Positions 27,601-41,465 are shown, numbered from the stretch's first letter. The stretch is DNA of 64,000 bases from Massalongia carnosa (GCA_965645245.1 OZ287075.1:682001-746000), one strand, 5' to 3'. Numbers and translations are program-made. Notes: generated by a model from the sequence alone, not told the origin.

Positions 27601-30079
27601 GGATCTGAAGGCTATGTTCACCAGTGACGTTGTTCTGCTGCATTTTGACCCCGATAAGGAAAGCGTGGTTGAAACTGACTCTTCTGATTATGTCAATGGC
27701 GGAGTTCTCTCACAGTATGATGACAATGGAGTCCTTCGCCCCGTAGCCTTTTTCTCGCGACGTTTGTCACCGGCGGAGTGCAATTACGAGATTTATGATA
27801 AAGAACTACTAGCCATAATACGTGCATTCGAGGAATGGAGACCAGAACTCCAAGGAGCCGCATACCCGGTTAAAGTAATCACCGATCATAAAAACCTGGA
27901 GTATTTCACCACCACCAAGCAGCTAAGCAGACGACAGGCCCGCTGGGCAGAATATCTCTCACGTTTCGACTTCAAAATCACGTATAGACCCGGCAAATTA
28001 GGTGGAAAACCTGATGCTTTGACTAGAAGATCAGGAGATCTTCCTAAGGAAGGGGACGTGAGACTGGAACATCAGAATCAGGTGGTATTAAAACCGCATA
28101 ATTTTGAACTTCATGCTAACAACGTGCCTCGTGTGACTGACGTGTCCGACTCTGAACCTGACATCGTCATTGAACCATCGAACCTTGCTCCCGCCTCCGA
28201 CTCGGAAGACAAATCTATAGACGAACTCATTGATCTAGGATATGAACATGACCCTATGCCTAACAAAATCCTGACACTTCTCCGAAACGGTACTCGACAC
28301 AGCAAGGACATCACCCTAGCCGAATGTGAAGACAGGAATGGAAGACTATACTACAAGGAAAGGCTATATGTCCCTGATTGGCATGAATTAAAAATGAGAC
28401 TATGCAAGGAATATCACGACAGTCCAGTCGCCGGTCATCCAGGCAGATCTAAAACATTTAGTCTAATGGCGCGAGACTACTACTGGCCCCGATATCATCA
28501 GTTCACTGCCCGCTATGTTCAGCACTGTCACACATGCTCTCGCAGTAAAGCTACTCATCATGCTAAGTACGGAGTGTTGAAACCTTTGCCTGTTCCTCAA
28601 CAACGATGGAAGGACATATCCATGGATTTCGTCACTGGCCTACCCGAAAGTAGTGATAAAAGCGCCGTACTAAGCGTTGTTTGTCGACTAACCAAGATGA
28701 AGCATTTTATTCCATGCAGAGAAACCACCGACGCTAAGGCCTTGGCTAGGCTATACGTGGAACATGTCTGGAAACTTCATGGCCTACCTGACTCCATTGT
28801 ATCGGACCGAGGAGGCCAGTTCATCGCTGACTTCTGGAAAGCACTATGTGAACGACTAAAGATCAACAGTCGGCTATCCACATCGTTTCACCCGGAGACC
28901 GATGGTCAAACGGAACGATATAACGCGGTCATGGAACAATACCTCAGAAGCTATGTATCCTATCAACAAGATGACTGGACCGACTGGTTGCCCATGGCTG
29001 AGTTCGCTAGCAATAACTCCGACTCCGAAACAACGTCCGTCAGCCCGTTCCTTGCTAACTATGGTTTCCACCCCCGTCTTGGTTTTGAACCTGTTCATCG
29101 CGACTCCCCCAATGCGCAGGTCATTAGCGCCGACGAATTCGCCTCCAAAATGCAAAGTATCAGTGAACACCTCGGCGACGAAATGCGCCTAGCTCAAGCG
29201 CGTTATGAAGCATCTGCTAATGCAAACAGGACCCCGGCTCCCATGTTTCATGTCGGTGACGAGGTATGGTTGGACGCTAGGCATATAAAGACCAAACGGC
29301 CATCACGAAAGTTGGATTGGAAAAAGCTTGGAAGGTTCATTATAAAGAAGGTTGTTAGCAAGTACGCATACTAGTTAGACCTTCCCGCCTCTATGAAAGT
29401 TCATCCTGTGTTCCATGTCTCTCTTCTAGAGCCTGTCTCTCAACACCCCCACGTCGGCCACATACCCGCTCCTTCTCCCCCTGTCGAAGTTGAAGGTGAA
29501 ACAGAGTGGGAAGTCGAAGAAATTTTGGACTCCCGTTTCTTTCGAAGACGATTACAATACCTGATCAAATGGACTGGTTGGGACGCCCTCGACTGGACTG
29601 AAGCTAAGGACGTCACCCACTGCTCAGACTTATTGGAAGACTTTCATCGATTGAGGCCTACCAAGCCTGGTGGTCCTCGCGGAGCTCGGACCTAAAAGGG
29701 GAGCTGGTGTCATGGAGTGACTGGGCACCTGCCAGTTAGTTCATTGAACCAACCTTAGCTGCTTGAACGAAGCACTAGCCGGCTAGCCGATCCGAAAGGA
29801 ACTAAGCTTAATCCGGTTTAGTCAGGGCAAAGGTAAGTGTTCCGGCTGAAGGTAAGTGTTCGGACTGTCAATAGTGTCATAGCGATAGTTTCATGCCAGG
29901 GACTTGGGAAATTGGATCAACGGCTGGATTGGGACTGGTTCCGTTCGCCAGAGTCTTATACTCGCCCATGTTGGATTTTCTGTTTCTTTTCTCCTTGTCG
30001 AACGTCTTGTCCACCTAGCTAGACAATTAAGTAATACGTTTGCACCATCTGAATTTCTACCTGACCTCGCACCGTGACA
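24655..30079 (+). mobile_element. Ty3/Gypsy chromovirus 2 nested in the 3' LTR of chromovirus 1; LTRs 24655-25017 and 29708-30079
   Basis: TSD TTCGA. gag from about 25057 runs into the N gap. pol about 26006-29695 has YIDDILI, RNaseH, integrase and chromodomain WEVEEILDSR, with one in-frame TAG at 29372-29374. Confidence 0.95.
25799..25998. other. Assembly gap (200 N) across the gag-pol junction of chromovirus 2
   Basis: Run of n characters. Confidence 1.
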
Positions 30080-31064
30080 TTCGAAACCATAATTACCCGG
30101 TCCCCATTAGGTGTCTTCGTATTAACTTAGGAAAAGGAGATGAATAGGAGACATCGAAGATCAAGGAAACAAAGGGGTAAGGAGGTGAGGAACAGATATA
30201 AAAGAAGAGGTCGAGTCTCGAAAGTTCTGGCTCCTTGTCCGACATCTTGAATAGCCAATATGGCCTAGCTATAGCTATAGACTCAGTCAATTAGAAAGCT
30301 TAACCATCCAATCCAGTCCCTTGACAACTATTATTACTATTACATTCGAACCCCGCTTCAACGATAGTCGCGTTTTACCAAAATAATTTCGTTATACGTT
30401 ATATCGGGGGAGATAGGGAAAATCATGATAAATTTACTACTTTATACCCCTAAAAACCCTCAATTCTCCCCTTTTATCCTCAGCAACTACCCAAGTGCTT
30501 AGAGTGGCTTGTTTTTGACTGTTTTGCCGTCATTTAAACAGCTCCCGTTTATGTCTTCGTAATTGACGAAGCATATCTATATCGTCCTTCAACTGCTATT
30601 TTTCATGTAGTCTCAGAATCCTACAAGCCTTCTGTGCTTGACTTACCGTTATAACAGATATAATATTCATCTCTTTATTCGTTTCAGCGAGATTTTCCTG
30701 CTTCGCATATCGTGAAACGATAACATTTATAATGTCTTTATTTGTATCTTCTATAATCTTCTCGAACGGGTTAATAAATTGATAAATATTTATCAACTCT
30801 TTCATTTTATTCATGATCTGCATCTGACGTATGTTCTGTGTAATCTCTTTCCAAATTGTCTCGAACTCGATTTATCTCGAGATTCTTAATTGATTAAAGA
30901 ATGCTGAATCTCAATCAAAGACGTCTGATCGCCTTCAGCAGTTCTGTATAATGAAAAAATTTGACGTCGTTTTTTCATGTTGAAATATTTCATCGCATAA
31001 CAAGAAGAACATTTATGAAGACAGTCGAATTTTTTCCAACATCAAAAGAACTTATCATAAACTT

Positions 31065-32277
31065 TATCACGAAGCGAGATATTGAATCGATTTCTACCAT
31101 TGCGCCACCTGTCCTCCCGACCAAAAGGTACAATACTTAGTCCGCAGACCAAGCTCTATTCTACTATAACTGGGACTCCTGCTATATTCGCTGTAGGTCC
31201 TGCCGTCCGCACCACGCTTGGTCGAACCGTTACACTACCGCCCGTCTAGCTGCGGCTAGCCCCTAGCCGCTTCCAGTTATAGTTAGCCCCGAAGAATGGG
31301 CGCTTCTTAGCGTACGGCCCTCGCCGATCCGACTTAGAGAGTTTTCATCCAACGCTTTCCCGTTTCGTCCTAGCTTTAGTCCGTCGAAGCAAGGCGAAAA
31401 AGCGAGGAACTCAGGTCAGGAATCGAACTCACGACTAGTACACCGATTGATGACTAAGTATTCTGTGACGAAGCGAGATAGTGAATAGATTTCTACCATT
31501 GCGCCACCTGTCCTCCCGACCAAAAGGCACAATACTTAGTCCGCAGACCAAGCTCTATTCTACTATAACTGGGACTCCTGCTTTGTTCGCTGTAGGTCCT
31601 GCCATCCGCACCACGCTTGGTTGAACCGATACAATAACTGGGACTCCTGCTATATTCACTGTAGGTCCTGCCGTCCGCACCACGCTTGGTCGAACCGTTA
31701 CACTACCGCCCGTCTAGCTGCGGCTAGCCCCTAGCCGCTTCCAGTTATAGTTAGCCCTAAAGAATGGGCTCTTCTTAGCGTACGGCCCTAGCCGATCCGA
31801 CTTAGAGAGTTTTCATCCAACGCTTTCCCGTTTCGTCTAAGCTTCAGTCCGTCGACGCGAGGCGAAAAAGCGAGGAACTCAGGTAAGGAATCGAACTCAC
31901 GACTAGTACACCGATTGATGACTAAGTATTCTGTGACGAAGCGAGATAGTAAATAGATTTCTACAATTGTGCTACCTGTCCTTCCCGACCAAAAGACACA
32001 ATACTTGTCCGCAGACCAAGCTCTATTCTACTATAACTGGGACTCTCTGTGACGAAGCGAGATAGTGAATAGATTTCTACCATTGCGCCACCTGTCCTTC
32101 CCGACCAAAAGGCACAATACTTAGTCCGCAGACCAAGCTCTATTCTACTATAACTGGGACTCCTGCTTTGTTCGCTGTAGGTCCTGCCGTCCGCACCACG
32201 CTTGGTCGAACCGTTACACTCTCGCTATGTTCGCTATAGGTCCTGCCGTCCGTACCACGCATGGTCGAACCGTTACA
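31065..32277 (-). mobile_element. Tandem, self-nested array of the 571-bp TRIM: LTR-internal-LTR-partial LTR-internal-LTR, the last LTR interrupted by a solo LTR (32048-32218)
   Basis: Outer TSD AACTT and inner TSD CTCTC. LTRs 31065-31234 and 31464-31633, partial LTR 31634-31702, split LTR 31932-32047 + 32224-32277. Internals 31235-31463 and 31703-31931. Confidence 0.9.
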
Positions 32278-33410
32278 AACTTGACGAGTTATTTTCGTAT
32301 AAAGACCTTTCAATTTTGTATTATGCCTTGATTTAGTAGTTGATTTAATGGAATAATATTTGCAAATAGTCATGCAATGCGAATATTCTTCAAAAGATCT
32401 GTATAAATGAGTTTTAAAAATGATGTGATGATTAATTATAATATCTTTATTTATTTATCTTCGTCATTCAATACTTTTACAGTTAATTCGTGAAAACTGA
32501 AATTATTCATCAACAATAGAATCAATCGTTCATTTATATGATTATTTAATCAATGCAAATATTCTATTATGATGCTGTTGTTATTTCAAGCCTTGGGATT
32601 TTATCTTCAAACAGCATCGATGATCTTCAATATATAAATTTTGATATTTCGAAATCAATTTGATCTTTTGATCTTATCAATACATCAGATGTTAGATTTA
32701 TTTATTCATCAGGATTACATGTAAGACAGATAGTGATCCTAGCCCGTTTTAATTAGAATTCTATCGAATCGAAGCAGCTTACTGTAAAAAATACATTTTA
32801 TTCTGCTTCTATCGGCGTATCTTTCAGTATTAAGAGATCGATCGAATGACATTTTTCTATAACCTCCTATTTCATTTATGTTATAAACGTCTTTGATAGC
32901 ATATTAAGATGTTAATTTACGAAGATCAGAAATTATTTGTTGTAAATTTTCGCTTTGATCAGCCGAATCAATCTCGTCATTGTCACGATTCTACTCGGCA
33001 CGACCTCGGCACTCGGATGAATTCGGCACCGCCTAGGGCAAACCGTAGATGGAACGCGCAGGAACTTTCGATTTCGTTCCCGCACCTTCGATTTTGTTCC
33101 AGCAGTCACGAGAAGATTCCATCGCGACTATACCACATGGGTATTAGCGCAATAGTGGATATATAGGGGAAGGTTCGGGTTGTCAATTGTCTTTTTCCTT
33201 CCTCATCTTTATTGTATTCGTTTCTAGTGTCCCTATGACTTGTCTCTAGGTAGATCATAACATTACAATAAAGATCCAACTTACCCTGCTATCCTACGTG
33301 AGGGATATAAAAGAACTCACCCGAAGAACGAAACCAGAAGAACCCAGAACCCAAACGACGAACTGAACGAAACACGAAGAACCGAAGAAACCGAAGATCG
33401 CCACAGTGTT

Positions 33411-33498
33411 GGCACCAGAACCCGAACCCGAACCAGAACCCGAACCAGAAACCGAACCAGAAACCGAACCAGAAACCGTACCAGAACCGAACCAGAAC
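33411..33498. repeat. Minisatellite (AACCGAACCAGA-like 12-mers) in the chromovirus 3 leader
   Basis: Read directly from the sequence. Confidence 0.85.
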
Positions 33499-36400
33499 TA
33501 GACATAGACACCGAAGGAGGCCTCCCCTATAGCGATGGCACGATCCACAGGAACCGGGATTGAACTCCCAACTCGACGAGAATCGATGATCCCGACGACC
33601 CAGGAGACAGATGACGAATTGGAGGTAACGGAACCTCTGATGATCGAGAACTTTCGACAACTGAAGGCATGGATGAAGCACGACGGCTAGGCTGTGTCCG
33701 ACATGCTTCAGGAACTGAAAAAAGCCTATAACGACTCCATCGACCGAAGCAATCTCGCCACCGACATGGCCGAAAGCTTCCAGAAAAGAATGAACCAGCT
33801 AGAAGGAATTGTCGAATACCAAAAGGAAGAACTGAGGGAAGCACGTCGCCAGGCTTCCGAAACACCAACCGACAAAACACGAGAGCAGTCTCGCCCTCAT
33901 TCTCCTTCTCGGACACCAAGTACTCAACGGACCGACAGCACCAGTGACAAGAAGAAGTCCATGAAGCTCCCTGATCCTCCCATTTTTACTGATGGAAAAG
34001 AGATTTCCATTGACCATTGGCTGACGAAGATGCGGAGTAAATTAGCGGCCAACGAGGACCATATGCCCACGGAAGTGCTGAAGAAGGCGTACGTAGAGAA
34101 CCGAGTCGGAGGAGAAGCCATGGGGCACCTCGAACCCCGACTCCGAAAAGGTGCAATTCGCTCCTTTGTGACGGCCGAAGAAATATTCGACCAATTGGAA
34201 CGCACCTACGGCGACCCCAACCGAAAACAAAACGCCATGAACAGCTTCCGAGCCCTCAAGCAAGGAAGCAAAGACTTTAACACCTTTTGGGCTGAGTTCC
34301 AGCGCCTAGCAGCTGAGTTAGAGCATAACGAGGCCACGCTAATCAGCGAGTTGAAGTACAAGCTTTCCTGGGAAATGTCACTACAATTGGCCACCGGCGA
34401 CCAGGCACCAACCGACCTCTATGCGTTTGCGCAAAAGTGCCAACGCTTATACCAGGACCTCAAGGACTCGGACCGGAGTAAGGCTAGTATGGAACGTTAT
34501 GCTGAAAGACGTTCTAGCACGGCTCCGACCCCCAGCGCCATGGCCAAGAGAACGACGACTTCCACCAAGACCTACGTACCACCTCGACCCTTCACCAGCA
34601 CTCCGACCACTAGAACTACCTCTTACATGACGGAGGAGGAGAAGGAACGACTGACTAGAGAAGGTCGTTGTTTCTTTTGCAAAGAAACTGGACATATATC
34701 GAGGGACTGCGAGAAGAAGACTCGGCCAGCGAAAGTGCAAGAACTCGCTGAGGTTGCCGGCTCGGGAAAAGAATGACCTCCACCGAAGGCGCGGATGGAG
34801 GTGAACCTTTGTTGATTTCATCTAGCTGTTTACCAGGCAATTTGTTTACGGATGAACCTCTAGTCATACAGTGTAGGCCAGGTAACAGCGAAGAAATGAA
34901 AGTAATGGGACTGTTGGATACTGGTGCTACAGGACATGCTTTTATTGATGAAGCAACAGCGCGTGAAGTTTGTGAAAAGCTTCAAATCTCCCCTCAGAGA
35001 CTGACACGACCGAAACCGGTGAAAGGTTTTGATGGTAAACGGGGTAAAGACATCACCCATGCCATCTACCCCACCCTGACCGTACAAGACCACAAAGAGA
35101 CGGTGGCGCCTCTTCTGATCACCACACTAGGCCAACATAAGATGATCCTGGGCAAACCATGGATGAGGAAACATGGAGTAGTTATCGACATGGCCCTGGA
35201 CAAGATAATCTTCTGGCCCGGCCACTGTTCCCATCCAGGCGCACCCAAACCACTCCAGAAGCAAGAAACGACGAAGACCTCGAAGACTATAGAACCTAGA
35301 AAGGTTATGAAGATATTGACACGGACCCAAGAAGAAAAGACAGAACAGAAAGAACCCGAAAAGACCAAACCAGAACAGTCTATGCAGTCGAATGTGGTAG
35401 CTGACAAGGCTGTTGTTAGACTAACAGAAAGATTAACAGTCTTTCCATCTACCGAAACTGTAGATGGACATTCAACCGAAGATAAGCCGATAGAGATGGC
35501 CATGATAGGGGCTGCTGCGTATCGACTGCTCTCCAGATGAAAGGACGTCGAATTATTCTCCATTTCCTTGAAAGACATCGAGTATCAGCTCAACAAAGAA
35601 GACCGCCCACCGACTGACCCGAAGACGGTAGTTCCCCCGGAATATCACGAGTTTTTGGACGTCTTTTCCAAGGCCGCATCGGACACGCTGGCACCTCACC
35701 GACCCTATGACCATCGTATTATTCTGGAAGGAGGAAAAGATCACGGGCATAGCCCACTTAGGAGTATGTCGCAAAGAGAGCTCGAATTCGTCAAGAAATA
35801 CCTCGAGGACAACCTTCGAAAGGGGTTTATCGAGGACAGTCACGCTGCTTGCTCGTCCCCGATTCTTCTAGCCAGGAAGCCTAATGGAGGACTTCGCTTT
35901 TGTGTCGATTATCGACGGTTGAACCAGTTGTCAAAGAAAGACCACTATCCAATTCCCCTGATAGGAGAAACGCTAGCCCAGCTGAAAGAGGCCAAGATCT
36001 TTTCGAAAATCGATATCCGACAAGCGTTTCACAAACTCCGAATGGCTATGGAATCTGAAGATTTGACCACGTTTAACTCCCGTTTCGGTGCCTATAAATA
36101 CAAGGTATTACCGTTTAGACTTTCCGGAGGACCATCGACCTGGCAGCACTTTATCAATGACGTGTTGTTTGAATATCTGGACAAGTTCTGCACGGCTTAC
36201 CTAGACGACATCTTAATTTATAGCAAGAATCTGAAAGAACATCGGGAGCATGTACGGGCCGTTCTATCAAGACTTCGAGAAGCAGGACTCCAAGCGGACG
36301 TGGACAAATGCGAGTTCCACGTGACGGAAACGAAATATCTGGGACTGCTTATCGGTGTTGATAGCATTCGTATGGACCCCGCCAAAGTCAAGGCCATTCG

Positions 36401-38587
36401 TGAATGGGAAATTCCGACCTGCCTACGGGAGGTATGTTCGTTCATTGGTTTTTGCAATTTCTATCGCCGGTTCATCAGAAGATTTCCCAAGATCGCCAAA
36501 CCGCTGAATGCGTTGACAAAGAAAGAACGAATATTCGAATGGACCCCCGCATGTGAAAAATCTTTTCGAACTCTACAGAAACGAATTGGAGAAGCCCCAA
36601 TCCTGATACATTTCGATCGGAACAAACAATGCTATCTAGAAACGGACTCATCAGATCATGTCAATGGCGGCGTGCTCTCCCAGATGGGTGACGACGGAGA
36701 GTTACACCCGGTGGCTTTCTTTTCGAAAAACATGAGCCCGGCCGAGTGTAATTACGAAATATACGACAAGGAACTGCTAGCGATAATTCGCTGCTTCGAG
36801 CAATGGAAACCCGAACTGGAAAGTACGGACTTGCCAGTGAAGATCTTCACCGATCACCGAAGTCTAGAATATTTCATGTCAACTAAGAAACTAACTAGAC
36901 GACAAGCTCGCTGGGCGGAGTTTCTCTCGGAGTTCAATTTTGTCATTACATATCGACCCGGAAAGAAGAATGAGAAAGCGGACGCCCTGACTCGAAGACC
37001 AAATGACAAACCCCGGGACGATGATGACGAAAGGCAGCAACACCAGCTGCAGACACTGTTACCCCCTGAAAGATTTGAACTTCAACCAATCGAAGAAGCA
37101 ACGGAACCGGAAGCAACGGAATCAGAAGAAACCCCCGACCAGGACCCACCGACCCTGGACGAACGAATAAAACAGGAAAACCTGGAAGATGAACTTTGCA
37201 CCAGAATCAGGAAAGCCATAGAAAGAACCGACACCACCGACGACTCGTTACCCGACATAAAGAATTGCATCGTGGAAAAGGACTGTTATATAAGCAAAAG
37301 CGCTTATGGGTCCCGAACAAGAAAGAAACGATCCTAGAAGTCGTTCGGATAATACACGACCAAATAGCAGTAGGACACCCCGGAATCGCCAGGACTAGTC
37401 AGATAGTCTCCCGAAATTACTATTGGCCAAACATGAACAAGGACATCCATCGCTATGTACGAAACTGTCATGTTTGCAGGCGCGCAAAAGCACCTCGGGA
37501 CAAGTACAATGGACTACTGAAGCCACTGCCCATCCCAGAGAGACCATGGAAGGATATCACCCTCGACTATGTGACCGGACTCCCGAAAAGCAAAGGAAAT
37601 GACGCTATCCTGATGGTAGTGGACCGGATGTCAAAGGAAAGACATTATATCCCGTGCACATGCAGCGGGGAAGGCACAATAGCAGAGGCCACAGCGAAAC
37701 TCCTTATCGACAATGTATGGCGCTATCATGGACTCCCGAACAGCATGCTATCCGATCGAGGACCGCAGTTCGTCTCAGCAGTATGGAAGGCCTGGTGCAA
37801 AATTCTCGGAATTACAGCAAAACTGTCAACAGCCTATCACCCAGAAACAGACGGACAAAGCGAAATCGCGAATCAGGAAATGGAGCGTCACCTCCGGAGT
37901 TTTGTGAACTACAGCCAGGATGACTGGACGGACCTGCTTCCAATGGCCGAGTTCGCTGCCAACAACGCACCCTCAGCCACTACAGGGCTTTCACCGTTCA
38001 TGGCCACCAAAGGGTATGAGCCAAGAAGGAGCTTCGATCCGACCGAGCGTTCCGCAGACTCCACTAGGGAAAGACTAGCCAACGAAAAGCCAGAGCCATT
38101 ACTGACGACATGAAAAAGGTATGGGACTTTGTTCAACAAAACATGAAGAAATCCCAAGAACGACAAGCAATAGCGGCAGACCGGCATCGAACTGAAGTCT
38201 CGTACAGCGAAGGGGACATGGTGTGGCTATCCACAAAGAACATCAAGACGGAGCGTACCGCCAAAAAGCTGGATCACAAAATGATTGGTCCCTACAGAGT
38301 CAAGAAACTAGTAGGTTCTTCCTGCCAATTGGAACTCCCACCGTCAATGAAAATCCATGATGTCTTCCACACCAGCCTACTTCGGAAGGCCTCCGACGAC
38401 CCACTTCCAGGCCAGATTAACGAACCACCACCGCCAGTAGTGGTTGAAGGGAACGAGGAATGGGAACTAGATGACATCCTGGATGCACGAAGACGCTACC
38501 GAAAGATTCAATTCAAGGTCAAATGGAAGGGAATAGACGAAGATTTGACATAATGATGCAGAAGGCTTCGAAAATGCAAATGAGATA

Positions 38588-41465
38588 ATCGTCGGCTCGC
38601 TTACCTCCGGGATCCGACTTGAAAAAATGTCGACCGCATTTTAGTCGGGGAAAGCGGTTGCATCCCGGAAAGCGGTTGCATCCCGGAAAGCGGGTGCATC
38701 CCGGAAAGCGGTTGCATCCCCTCAAATTCAAATTTCTTCATCTTTTTGATCATTGACCAACAACCACATTGATTAAAAATCAGTCGCCACCGTACATAGC
38801 TTGAAAATCATTTCTCCGACCCAACTGATTATCAATTCAAATCCTTTCCTTTCGAATCAATCCCCCGAACCAATCTCCCCTTTCGAATCATGGATAACGA
38901 CGCCTCCCTTGTCTCCACTCTCAACCCTATGGAAAGATTGAAAAAGGCGAAGGAATTTCTGACAAATCATCCCAAAGAAAGTAAAACGACTGCAGCTAGA
39001 ATCTACAATATCAACGTCAAAACTTTGACGTCTTCCATTCGTCGACCAGAAGGGAGGAAAATTGGAGGACAAAATCAGATACTGAGGGAGCATGAGGCAA
39101 GGTCAATTATTGGCTTTATTAAGTCCTTATTGATTCATGGAATTCTTCCTACACATCAGATGGGTTTTAAGGCTATTGTAAGTCTGCAAAAGGCCTATAC
39201 CCCCCTCGAGGTAGGCCCGTCAAGAAGATGGTTTCGGAGCTGGTGGAAATGTAACAAACTTCATAAAATAAAGACAAAACCACTAGCAATGATTCGTTAT
39301 AAAGCTGCCCAAGAATCAGATGTGATGGAATGGTTTGAAAGGTATAGAGAGAGAGTTGAAAATTCGAAAAAGTCGGAACATTTTGAACTTTGATAAAGCT
39401 GGTTTTCGGGTTGGATGCATGAGGGGTCAGGAAATCATTGTTCCTGAAGAAATCAAACAATTCTACGCCGTCAGCCCGGAAAATCGCAGATCTGCGACAG
39501 TTATTGAGACTAGCAATGCTGCCGGCGACTATCCCCCCCCTCTAATGATCATCGTACAGGGTCATGACATCATGGCCACATGGTTTTCGGAAGGTGTGCC
39601 CTCGAACAGTGGTTTTACATCTGATAAGATAGCAATTGAATATTTGAAGCATCTTATCAAACATACAAATGCAGGACCTGATGCGGAATGGCAATTATTG
39701 CTGATGGATAATCATGGCAGTCCTACAACCCCTGAATTTTCACTTTTGGCCAATGAGAATCGCATTCGACCCTTTCCCTTTATACCGTATTTAACTCATT
39801 GCATGCAACTATTGGATGTGGGCGTATTTCAGCCTTATAAGCATTGGCATTGCAAAGCCACTGAGGAAGTCGTTGCGTCGTTATTTGTCGAGTATTCTGT
39901 CTCAATTTATACAGGACTTGACCAAAATCAGAAATTATACATTCAAGACTTCTACGATTCGGCATGCATTTGAAAAGTCGGGAATGTGGCCGATTGGTCC
40001 AAAGGCATGCATTCGTCAGCTGAAAAATTTCAATCCCAATGATCCCAATGATTCATTAAACAGTCTGAATACGAATAATGAGCCCTCATTACCTCTACCC
40101 CCACCTCGTCAAATCCAACCGACAAAAGTAGCTGACATTGAGTATGGTTTGAGTCAATAGGGACCGAAAAGCAGAAAATCCATGCAATAGAGTGATCCCG
40201 CTCGGGCTGAGGGATGGGACTCATTTGTAGACAATATAAATGAAGTTGTTTCGAATACGATTATCGATGGCATGGAGCTGGAAATGCATCGAGAATCAAG
40301 AAGAAGTCAGTTAAATAAGAGACGAATGTCTCGTAAACGTCTGAGACCAGAAACCGGAAGATTGGGAATCACAGCGGAAGATGCAAAGTAGGCTAGAGCC
40401 ATCAGACTACAACAGGATCAAGAGGCTGAGGAGAAACGAGCGAATAATAGCTTCATGAAGCTATAGCGAATAGAAAGAGAAGAAATGCATGTCAAGGGAT
40501 TGGCTGCTCGAAAAACAGAAAGAGATCGAGTCAAACAGCTGAAAGAAATGCAGAAAATGCTCGGTCCTATTCCAATTGAGATGTATGAGAAGATTCCTGA
40601 CCCCGAGGCATTATTGAAGGCCACGAATGAGGTATGGATAGCTGAGGAAGCGAAGAAGGAAATTAGAAAGAATCCGCGTGACAATGTCAATGAGGAAGAT
40701 GTCACGTTTATCGTAGATAGCACTGGTCATGGAGATAATTCAATCCTTCCAGATCTTCTAGAAGGAGAAACATGGCTACGATATGATTTCGTATCTTTCG
40801 ATTCGGAAGAATCATTGAAAGAATTCGATTTAGAAGCATCTTTCCAACCAGGAGATGCGAATAATTGGTAGAATGCGGGGTATTGTTACAGCGCCGCCGT
40901 ATAAGGCTGATTATTACTAAGCCTGATGACTCAGCGGTGCTGAATACAGTCATACTATAGTCAGGTCAAGCGATGACTAATGGGACGGGACAGAAGGTCT
41001 GAGCCCACGGAGGAACGTCCGCCCTTAGTTGGCATAGTTGGCAGAGTACTGAAGAAACTCGACCTCGACTATTCCCACTGATCTATATAATATAGTGTTA
41101 GGCCCACCTAGATAGATCATCTTACAATTTAACTACTCCGTACTAAATTGTTCTACTCTTAACCCACTACACTACTCCTAGTCCAGAGTCACTCTCACAG
41201 GTATGCGGGGTATGCGGAGTAAGCGGAGAATCACGAAGGTCAGGGTGTCAGGGGGGTCAAGGCAAATGATTTTGACGACGGTGATGATGACGGCAATGAT
41301 TTTCAAGCTATCTACGGTAGCGACTGATTTTTAATCAATGTGGTTATTGGTTAATGATCAAAAAGATAAAGAAATTTGAATTTGAGGGGATGCAACCGCT
41401 TTCCCCGACTAAAATGCGGTCGACATTTTTACAAGTCGGATCCCGGAGGTAAGCGAGCCGACGAT
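38588..41465 (+). mobile_element. pogo/Fot1-like DNA transposon with long (about 170 bp) TIRs, inserted in the chromodomain of chromovirus 3; transposase pseudogene about 38890-40871
   Basis: TA TSD and TIR ATCGTCGGCTCGCTTACC...; motifs AARIYNINVKTL, NFDKAGF, LLMDNHGS, THCMQLLDVGVFQPYK; frameshifts and stops. Confidence 0.92.
40884..41199. mobile_element. Solo LTR, family B (316 bp)
   Basis: TGTTACA...TCACA termini, TSD GGTAT, internal TATATAA. Confidence 0.88.

Larger units (their letters stand above)
18162..30326 (+). mobile_element. Ty3/Gypsy chromovirus 1: 544-bp 5' LTR 18162-18705; 3' LTR split into 24353-24654 and 30085-30326 by chromovirus 2
   Basis: TG..CA LTRs, TSD ACTAT, PPT GAGAGGGGAG before 24353, intact gag and pol. 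Confidence 0.96.

Noticed and set aside
33289..33681. Antisense ORFs with FWFG/VRFL repeats
   Set aside because: Translations of the leader minisatellite of chromovirus 3.
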